Part shown: in pieces, positions 37,909-46,700 of the stretch
How the letters are laid out: each line of letters opens with the position of its first letter
Numbering within the stretch: position 1 is the first letter of the stretch
From: an uncultured virus (IMG/VR IMGVR_UViG_3300002133_000084)
Taxonomy: Duplodnaviria; Heunggongvirae; Uroviricota; Caudoviricetes
Reading direction: 5' to 3' (one strand)
Length of the DNA: 64,000 bases
IMG/VR virus record: IMGVR_UViG_3300002133_000084
Notes under the pieces: model-generated
What the model was told of the DNA's origin: nothing
The model's input: the letters and a program-made list of their open reading frames with translations, nothing else
Database searches by the model: none
Translations under genes and position numbers: made by a program

Positions 37909-38121
37909 ATGATTAAAGAAAAATTTATGGATGGAATTGCCAAGATGGCGTCGGCTGCGGGCAATTATGAAAAAGAATTAAGCGTAGCGGCCTGGAATGA
38001 GTTTACTGGTAGAGGTGGGGAGAGTAGGCGAGACGTCATGAGGCGGCACGGGATGCATGTGTTGTTGGGTGGGAAGCCCACTGACTTTATTAGCCTACTT
38101 ATAGATGGAAGAATTAGGTAA
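37909..38121 (+). CDS. leader-tagged short protein
   Basis: MIKEKFMDGIAKMA leader; upstream DNA duplicates 37028-37053. Confidence 0.6.
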   Translation: MIKEKFMDGIAKMASAAGNYEKELSVAAWNEFTGRGGESRRDVMRRHGMHVLLGGKPTDFISLLIDGRIR

Positions 38122-40619
38122 TGGCTGACGTTAAAAAGCTGTGGAACTTTATATCTGACGCATGGCTCCTTATGGATCGAGCCGACAGGCGATCCATCGA
38201 GCAGTTATGGGCCGGATATCAGGAAATAATTGCACAGCTATCTATTAATCTCAACAGGGAGGCCATTGATCCCTTAGTAGAATATGCCGTCGATAAAAAG
38301 ATTCTTCTATGGGAGAACTTCGACTGCACGGGCGGCGGACTTATATTTTCCGCTGGATCCAATGTGGCATCCATACCCCTATTACAGGATAGGATTGAAA
38401 ATCCAAATACAACCCTTACGGAGGGTGTCGACTACACCATAGTAGAAGGCAATTTCATATTCGCCTCGGCTCCTAATGCTATACTGTGGGCCCCTGAAGT
38501 ATACCAATATAATGATCGCGTCCATGAGGTTCTGGGTGATCCTGTTGACGTCCACCTTGACAGGGTGGGGTGGAATGCAGAGGATGCGCTGCCGGCACTA
38601 CAATGCTTATGGTATACCTACATACACGGCCCAACGCAGCGCAATATACGCGCATCGATCAATGCTCTCATGGGGCTGCCTTATGCCAAGCATGCCGGGC
38701 AAGTGGTATCCATTACCAGTGACACGATCAAGGTTCGATATGGGGATTCTGGTACTGTTTATCCGTCGGGTACGGGGCGCGCAATAGCCGGCACAGAGAT
38801 TGACTCATCCTTCACTGGATTGGTAGATCATAGCCTACGCCTTGTAATAGGATCGGATGTGTCGTCCATACTGGCAGACGATTACTATTTAACTACCGGT
38901 GTCAATGAGGGCGAATACATAGTCCGAGAAAAGCATAATGTCGCATCGTCTACCGTCATATCAGAATTGACATCTGGGGCAACCGATGCCAACGGCCGCT
39001 GGTTTACCGGCGTCGGCGGAGACTGGGCCCAGGTGGATGCTGGCGACTTGATCAATATCACTGCGCCAAGCTCTATTGCTGGATATTACCAGGTGGAGGC
39101 AGTAGACTCCTCGGGCGCGCGCGCGTGGCTTAGGGATAGGGTTCAAGGCGGATTATCTGGCATTACCTTCACTGTGGAACGCGAGCCCTGGATTCGTCTT
39201 GATTCAAAGCTTCCCGATACATCATCTCCCGTAGGACGCATCGTTCGCCCCAATAAGAGCTGGCCATTTGACGTGTGGCAGGGAAGCCTCTTAGTGGATT
39301 CGGCTGGATCAGAGCATATAATATGGAATAACGGTAGCAACTCTATTCGTATTAGCTCTGATGTGTCTCCCGGCGTTTTTCGTATTCGTCCCAGATTCGC
39401 TGAAGATTCTTCGGAGGCATTTGACAGGATAGCACAAGCTGCGTCTGCTCATAGCGTAGATGACTATGTCTATAGATTCGATCCACTATTGGATGGCGTG
39501 CGCCTGTCTGATTGGCGAACAGATGAACGTTGGCAGCGCTGGCAGCCTGGTATTCTCGCCTTAAATGCTAATGCCAATGGCACTACTAGCGTTCAAGTAA
39601 GCTCTGTTTCTGGAGTGTTTAAAAACGGCGTCTACGATATGATGGCCGAAGGGGAGGAGACTATCCGAGTCAGCGTCTCCTCTGTGAGTCCACCCAATAC
39701 TGTCGTACTAGATAAGGCTATACCGTCCACTTATACCACACTGAAGATGGCGCGCTTAGTGCCGGCGCAATTATCAGTTGAGGGACTAAAGGGGTTCTAT
39801 GTTATTGCCGATCCATCAACGGCGGATACGGATGGGGCTGGATTATCAGTAGAAGATTTATCAGCCACATTTAATGATGGATCTGTTTTACCTGGGGATC
39901 ACGTTCGAATGATCACCTCAGATGGAACAACATATAGCTCGGCTATATCTACCGTAGTTGACGATGAGCACTTGACGGTTTCCAGCGCGTTGCCGGCTGG
40001 GCAGTCGGGTGCATACTATCAAATTGTGCGCCCCTATACCACATCAGAATATGCAACGCTCATTGTGGATGCTACGGCGTATGTGCAGGAGAATTTTGAC
40101 GAATCGCTCATCTCCTCGATGTTATCTCGTTTTCTGCCTAATCACATTAAGCATTTCATTACATCCTCCTCGGTAGAGATCCTGGAGATCCTCTCTTCTA
40201 TTATAGAGGATGAGAGGATACTGGAGTTTATAGCAGTTCGTCCCATATCTGATACATCACGCTCGGATGAAGATGATAATGTGGATGATGATTTCCTGGC
40301 TGGGCCCTCAGTATATGAATGGGTGGCCGAATACTTTACCGATTATCAAGTTATTGTACCTACGGAAATTATTACGGACGAGTACTCACTGGATGGATCG
40401 CTAGCCGATGAAGATGATAACGTAGATGTAGACTTCGTGGCCTGGCCATATAACGCCCAGGTGTGGGCCACAGACGAATCCGAGATAATACTATTAACAG
40501 AGGAAACATATTATTTCCCAGTTCAGCCCCCCGCAGCTGGATCGGTAGCCGATGGATCGCTTGCGGTGGACGGTGAATTTTTTGCAGATGGTAGCTTTAC
40601 AGAGTGGGAAGACTTCTAG
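38121..40619 (+). CDS. putative baseplate wedge/structural protein
   Basis: 832 aa; HGPT-x-x-N-I...LMGLP and RFLPNH motifs; acidic C-terminal repeat DEDDNVD. Confidence 0.6.
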   Translation: MADVKKLWNFISDAWLLMDRADRRSIEQLWAGYQEIIAQLSINLNREAIDPLVEYAVDKKILLWENFDCTGGGLIFSAGSNVASIPLLQDRIENPNTTLTEGVDYTIVEGNFIFASAPNAILWAPEVYQYNDRVHEVLGDPVDVHLDRVGWNAEDALPALQCLWYTYIHGPTQRNIRASINALMGLPYAKHAGQVVSITSDTIKVRYGDSGTVYPSGTGRAIAGTEIDSSFTGLVDHSLRLVIGSDVSSILADDYYLTTGVNEGEYIVREKHNVASSTVISELTSGATDANGRWFTGVGGDWAQVDAGDLINITAPSSIAGYYQVEAVDSSGARAWLRDRVQGGLSGITFTVEREPWIRLDSKLPDTSSPVGRIVRPNKSWPFDVWQGSLLVDSAGSEHIIWNNGSNSIRISSDVSPGVFRIRPRFAEDSSEAFDRIAQAASAHSVDDYVYRFDPLLDGVRLSDWRTDERWQRWQPGILALNANANGTTSVQVSSVSGVFKNGVYDMMAEGEETIRVSVSSVSPPNTVVLDKAIPSTYTTLKMARLVPAQLSVEGLKGFYVIADPSTADTDGAGLSVEDLSATFNDGSVLPGDHVRMITSDGTTYSSAISTVVDDEHLTVSSALPAGQSGAYYQIVRPYTTSEYATLIVDATAYVQENFDESLISSMLSRFLPNHIKHFITSSSVEILEILSSIIEDERILEFIAVRPISDTSRSDEDDNVDDDFLAGPSVYEWVAEYFTDYQVIVPTEIITDEYSLDGSLADEDDNVDVDFVAWPYNAQVWATDESEIILLTEETYYFPVQPPAAGSVADGSLAVDGEFFADGSFTEWEDF

Positions 40620-40673
40620 TAGCATCTTTTTCTTGAAAACACACTCGAGAATCTACTTTCTTTAAGTATTAAC

Positions 40674-40692
40674 ATACCCTGAAATTGGGTAT
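40674..40692. promoter_or_regulatory. palindrome copy 6
   Basis: ATACCC TGAAATT GGGTAT in intergenic region. Confidence 0.7.
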
Positions 40693-40733
40693 AAAATACT
40701 GAATTTTAGGAAATTGCAAAAAATTGAGGAATT

Positions 40734-41318
40734 ATGTCCAACGCTGATCGCGATGCGTTAATAGAAAAAATGCACTCATATGGGCGCTCCGTCGGGGCTC
40801 TTTATGGGGAAACATGCATCGAGCGCTACCCGGGGGATGCCAATATAGTTGATCCCTACAAAGTTTCCTGCGATCCCATTGAAGTGTCGAAGTGGGAGCC
40901 AAATATAATCGTAGACAATTCCGGACTAATCCTATCCGCCCTGTGTAAGGGTGAGGGTGGATACTCTGGACTTCAGTATGTCGTAATTGGCTCAGGCAAC
41001 GTGTCGTGGGATACATCTGGCGTTCCGTCCCCCACGGTGGGACAGACACAGATGGTAAACGAGCTGGGGCGCGTAGCCGCCTCTATTGTTTTCCTCGATG
41101 GATCTAATAACCCCACGGCTAGCGTTACGAATAAGCTAGAGATCAGCGGCACGTTCGGATCCGGTGTCGCAGAGGGGGCCGACTGGCGCGAGTGGGGCAT
41201 TGTCGGAGGAAACGCAACAGGCACAGCCAATACGGGACTACTGTTCGATTACTCTACGCACAGCGCCATCCCAAAAGACACAGAAACAATCATTCGCCGC
41301 GTCCGCATAATCTTCTAG
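40734..41318 (+). CDS. baseplate/tail-collar protein
   Basis: NIIVD-x-x-G...IGSG...ELGR...EA-x-x-x-x-WREWGI pattern typical of fibre-attachment proteins. Confidence 0.6.
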   Translation: MSNADRDALIEKMHSYGRSVGALYGETCIERYPGDANIVDPYKVSCDPIEVSKWEPNIIVDNSGLILSALCKGEGGYSGLQYVVIGSGNVSWDTSGVPSPTVGQTQMVNELGRVAASIVFLDGSNNPTASVTNKLEISGTFGSGVAEGADWREWGIVGGNATGTANTGLLFDYSTHSAIPKDTETIIRRVRIIF

Positions 41319-41329
41319 GAATGTCATAG

Positions 41330-43732
41330 ATGTCTACTGATAAATTCACAAATATAGCAAAGTCGCCAGTCTATACGCCCGAGAAGCGATCGGATGCACT
41401 GTGGACGCAATACGAAGGCAAGCACGTCCACGGCGGATTTCTTACGCGCGCGCAACAGATTTCAGAGCATCGTGATGCAGAGATCTTACGCACGCTATCC
41501 CCTTCGGGATTCTTAGCCGTCGATCGATCAGTTCTGGCTCATGGTGATGCAAAAATAAAAAGCGGCACCATGGTGACGGGCGTCACGGCCAATGATTCGG
41601 ACTTGATTCGCATCTATGCTCCCAATGAGCAATATAAGGCATTGGTTAATGGGTGGATGATAACGCTCCATAACATACAAGCCAACTCGGCGCCCTCCGC
41701 CTTTGGCACAGATTATCTTGCCATAAAGTTAAATCCATCCCCACTGGCACTTGGGAGATTTGACTTGGTGTTTTTGGAGGTGTGGCGCGAGGAGGTGGTT
41801 GACACTGACACGCTATATCCTCATGGAAATGTACAGACTGGCACCACGGCTATAACTAACGACATCAAGGACTCCCGTGAGGCTCAGGGCACAGTAAACT
41901 CTGCCATCCAGATCCGATCGCGCATTCGCGTAGTAGACGGAGTTGATTATGAAACATATCCGTTTGGCATTGATCATACGGCCGTAGTTAAGGCGCAGGG
42001 CGGCGCTGGCTCAGTTTCCACATATACTTTTGCCAATGCGGGCGCCTCTACAGGAGACTATGGACTCTGGGTTGCTGGCGACGGAGACGACACTTCTCGC
42101 ACAGATCTTAATAGCGTCGACGGGTACTCTTACGCTATTCCAATTGCCATTGTTCGCAGGCGCAACTCGACAGCCTACAATCTCACGACTAATACGAATG
42201 GCGCACTAAATCAAATATCGGACGGCGTATCCGATCGCCCTGATTCATTATATAAGGATCAAGTATATATATCGGATGTTTTGGACATTCGACTCCATGC
42301 CAATCTGAATGCACGTCAATATTCCGACATAATGCGCGATTGGAAGAATGCCATCCTTGGATCAACTGCTCGCATGGTATTTGGGCAGAATGATCAGGCT
42401 GGACACTCGGATACTTGGGGAACTGAAGTTATTAGGGTTGAGGGAATATCGAATGCATCTGATACTGGAGTTGATGAAACGTTAGCGCCAGACGCCGCAC
42501 AGCGATTATTCTCGGATGAGAGCGCCACGCAGACATCTGTTGGCTTTATCACCAACGGCTCAGATGACACAGATCTTTCCCAGGTGGTAAGCTACACCTT
42601 CTCCTCTAAGCTGATAACTCTAGACGCTACTCAGTTTACGGTGGCTGGGGCTCTCATTGGAACGTCTACCCCAACATTAAAATGGGTGTCCGATGGGACT
42701 ACAGTGGTGTTGACGGGGGCGTGGACTGGCCTTGGAACTGCATCCGCTACAGCCACCATAAACGTTGGTGATGGAAACTATCAGGCCTCTGGACAATTTT
42801 ATATTCAATTTGATTCAACTCTACCCTTAGCTCAGGGCCTTAAAGAAGTTCCATCCTCCATACATAAAGCGACGTTCAACGGGACAGACATGTATGTAGG
42901 AACTACAGTTGCCAGTCTCAATCTCACTAATCTAGCTTCTACTGGAGCTATGGGAATCTCGTTCGAGTATCGCACGCGCGCAGTAACGGAGATTGCCAAG
43001 AGGGAGTCCATTACGGCAAATGGAAATGGAGTGGCGAGATCCTCTGGATATGTGTTGGCCACCTCTGCCGGAGTCGCCTCTGGTGGAATTGTTACTGGGC
43101 TATCCGCATCCCAAGCCATCGACGTTGTATATGCAATGACTCCTGGAACTTCGGATAAGATTTGGATCTACTATTCATTTATACCCCCACAGTCTCCTGC
43201 ACTACCATCTACACTTTCAGTTGAGATGCTATATGTGGAAGACAGAATTATTTCATCCAATCTTGGAACTGGGGGCGGCACAGATGGGCAGCCATTCTTT
43301 AATCCTCTATTGCACATCCCAGAGAATAGCGCCATCACAAAAGACTCAGATCTAAAAAATACTTCCGATTTGATTATATCTGACTTTGGCGGCAACTGGG
43401 GATTACTGGATATTCCTGTACTATTTCAGACTCCATGGGAATTGGTGTTTCAGTTTTCCTCTCCCGGGACTGATTCCGAGGGACGCCCATATTATGCCGA
43501 TTCAGATGTAGACTTTATAGCCATGGGGCAAAGTCTTTCCACTGCACAGTGGCACAGGACGGCATTGTTTGGAGTTGCTCGCGTAACTTCCGGATCTGGT
43601 ATTTTTGCCACGGGAACATTGGTGGCAGTTTGTTTTTCAGAGACACTTAATGCCGTTAATAATCGAGCGGGGGTTCAGTCCTCATCGAATTTCGCCGTCT
43701 CTGTATTTCCTATTAAGGAAATGTCCCACTAA
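41330..43732 (+). CDS. baseplate/tail fibre structural protein
   Basis: 800 aa, Thr/Ser/Gly-rich; R-x-DLVFLEVW, YAIPIA-x-V-x-RRN, RPD motifs. Confidence 0.6.
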   Translation: MSTDKFTNIAKSPVYTPEKRSDALWTQYEGKHVHGGFLTRAQQISEHRDAEILRTLSPSGFLAVDRSVLAHGDAKIKSGTMVTGVTANDSDLIRIYAPNEQYKALVNGWMITLHNIQANSAPSAFGTDYLAIKLNPSPLALGRFDLVFLEVWREEVVDTDTLYPHGNVQTGTTAITNDIKDSREAQGTVNSAIQIRSRIRVVDGVDYETYPFGIDHTAVVKAQGGAGSVSTYTFANAGASTGDYGLWVAGDGDDTSRTDLNSVDGYSYAIPIAIVRRRNSTAYNLTTNTNGALNQISDGVSDRPDSLYKDQVYISDVLDIRLHANLNARQYSDIMRDWKNAILGSTARMVFGQNDQAGHSDTWGTEVIRVEGISNASDTGVDETLAPDAAQRLFSDESATQTSVGFITNGSDDTDLSQVVSYTFSSKLITLDATQFTVAGALIGTSTPTLKWVSDGTTVVLTGAWTGLGTASATATINVGDGNYQASGQFYIQFDSTLPLAQGLKEVPSSIHKATFNGTDMYVGTTVASLNLTNLASTGAMGISFEYRTRAVTEIAKRESITANGNGVARSSGYVLATSAGVASGGIVTGLSASQAIDVVYAMTPGTSDKIWIYYSFIPPQSPALPSTLSVEMLYVEDRIISSNLGTGGGTDGQPFFNPLLHIPENSAITKDSDLKNTSDLIISDFGGNWGLLDIPVLFQTPWELVFQFSSPGTDSEGRPYYADSDVDFIAMGQSLSTAQWHRTALFGVARVTSGSGIFATGTLVAVCFSETLNAVNNRAGVQSSSNFAVSVFPIKEMSH

Positions 43733-43756
43733 AATCTTAGGGAACCAATACTAAAA

Positions 43757-46700
43757 ATGGCAGATCAGAATTTAAATATAGACATAGCCTCCCAGACTCC
43801 AGATTCTACAGTCCATAACAGAGGAGTTATTTCCGGGGGAACAGTAGCAGAGCTAAATATATCGTCGTTGCGTAGCGCATCTGGGGAGCGCGCCGTAAAT
43901 GTGTCCAACCTGGCAAACTCAGTTGAAAAAGATCGCGATTCTATATATGGCAAATTGGGGGAGCATCAGCGAGTTTTGGACATGCTCTCCAATACTCCCT
44001 ATCCCGACAACAACGGCCTGCCTCTATTTGTAACCACCTTCGACAGTATCGAGCGGAAGGTATACCAGAGCAACCGGGCGATCGCCTATACCGATCACGA
44101 CATGCCCAACTCGTCCAATGTGCGCATTGTCGATAAGGCAGCTGGCGAGCGGGGAGTGATAGATTCTCGTCTCCAGTTAGAGAAGCAGCACTATTGGGGG
44201 GAAGTTTTAGAAGTCACTAAGATGCGCCGAGACAATGAGACGGATGAAGTACTTCGAGGCATATCCAAGATAGCCAATGACGGCTATATGTATCTCATCG
44301 GCTCTGATGCTACTAATGCGGACGGCAACCGCCTGTACCGAATTGATCCCAATACGCACGACAAATTAGGCACCTGGATCTTAGACAACGATCAGTGGAA
44401 TGGCAATGACTCAATAGAGTATATCGCCGGTATCGATACGGACGGCGATAACCTATATATCTGCTACACGCTTGGGGAAGCCAGCAATAGGGGGACGATC
44501 CATAAATTCCCGATAGAAAATCTGCCGGCATCGGGCAGCACACTGACTCGCATGAGTGTAAGCGGGATAAGTTCGGCTCAGTTTGGCGCATCCTACTACA
44601 ATCCGGTGAGTGTCACCTATGACGGAGACTCGGATTGCCTGTGGGTGGTGACGGTGTCCGGCACATTGGCTATCGTGAAAATAAGCACGGATTTCTCCGA
44701 TGTGGCTGCCCCTACAGTTATACTTACCGGCGCTGGCATACATAGTAATACGCGATGCGTCACATATGCAGACAATAAGCTAACCTATGTCGACGGCAGT
44801 GGATCGAGAATCTATACCACTATAAAGCCGGCAGTCACGGGGACTGTGCAAATTGTTTCCCAAATCAATGCAGTTGTCTACGGAACGAACATTTATGGTA
44901 TCTGTATAACCAACGATCTGCTCTATATGACGGTGGACAATTGCATCGCCCGCGTTGCCTGGGAGAAAGATACGATCTGTCTACCGCAGTCGGCGGCGCA
45001 GATTCCGCCTAACGATTGGGGTAAGGCGGATCCGGCGGATGGCAACTCAACGCCGGCTAGTCATATCTATGTAATTAATAAGATAATCGACAACGCTACG
45101 GCGCACACGGACTGGGTAGACGATCAGTTTAACGGATTAAAGCTCTTTGTCCGCGGTGGCACCTACAGCGGCGAATGGTTTACGATCTCAGACACCGACG
45201 GCACCAATGGATCGGTGACGATCTCCGCCACCTCCAACAAGGGCACGGCCTCCGCTACGGCGATGGTGGCCGGACAACTGATTGAGGTGGGCATCCCCGA
45301 GAAGAACCTATTGGGCCGCCTCTCGAATGCAGGGGACTGGCAGGATGGGTGGAGTTGGGGCGCTGGGGCCTCCATCGGATGGCGCGACACCCAATGGATA
45401 TCACAGGGATTCATCCTTACGAAGCGATCGCAAATCGCCGAAGTGCGCATAAATGTGGCTAGCGAAACTGGTACGGCGGTGGGCTCCTCTGAATTCCGCA
45501 TAGAAACAGACGTTGATGGATCACCATCGGGCACACTAGCACACCCGGATGCTACGTTCACCGCAGATCAAAGCGGCATGCCTGGATCAGGTTACTATCA
45601 AGTAACTTTCGCGCGCCCCTTCATGCTCGATAGCTATACGCAATATCACCTTGTGATGCAGACGGCGGCACTCGACAATAACAACCTAAACTTCACGTAT
45701 AATACGGCTGCGGGGGCCTTTAAGAAGGGCACCTTCAAGGCATCTAGTGATTCTGGCTCCACTTGGGGTGAAGTCAGTGCCGGTGCCGCCCTCTACTTCG
45801 AAATCCTATCGGACAATATTCCAATCGCCAAGGTGAACAACGCTGTCATCGACGAAGAGGCTGGCAAGATCTATATGGCCCTTGGTACATATAATGTGGC
45901 CGATGGCCGCGGGGTGGCTGCTTACGATATAGCCACTGGGGCTGTTCGCATGGTGGAATATTCAGCCGGCTCCTCTCATTGTAATCTAGATGTGGCCTTT
46001 GCGGGCGACTATCTGATCTTTCTACTGTCGCATCCATCCTCTGGCAATACACTGAAAGTATATGATCGATGGACATACGAATTCATAAAAAACATTGACT
46101 CCAATCCGAGCCTTATCAGAGATACCGCCATTCATGCTATCGACGGCAAAGAACTCGTCGTTGACGAGGAGACTGGGCGTAAAGAGCCCTTCTTCATCAT
46201 TGGCTCCTACAATAAGGTGCACATTTATAATCCACTGAGTGGCGAGATATCGAACATCGATCTCACGACAATGGGATCCACCCGAAACGTCATCTGCTAT
46301 ACTTGCGCTCTCGCTGATAATGGAACAGCCCTCTTTGGGATAACCGATGAGAGTATAATTGATGATTCGTACTGCATGGGATTCCGTAGGATACAAGACA
46401 TAAAATCCGCGGCACCCCCATCCTTCGCCTCGGCTGATTTTATTATTCGTGGGTGGCACAACGAATACATGTGGGGTGAGGGCGCTACTTATCAAAATTA
46501 TTTTCCCTTTTATACATTAGAGAGAGATCCCTCCTCGTGGACGATGGGCAAAAATGTAGGTGGAAGACTCTACTCGGATGGTGACGCCGGTATCTGGGGC
46601 AACCAGCAGAATCCCGGGCGTATCACGTTTAGCGGGCTAAACCCGGAGATGGTGTATTCGCCGCAGGTAGGCTACCAGACAGTGGACGGCGGGGCCACCC

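Noticed and set aside
37756..38255. Duplicated segment as a diversity-generating retroelement TR/VR pair
   Set aside because: The differences are synonymous and not adenine-specific, lie at a gene 5' end, and no reverse transcriptase is present in the window.
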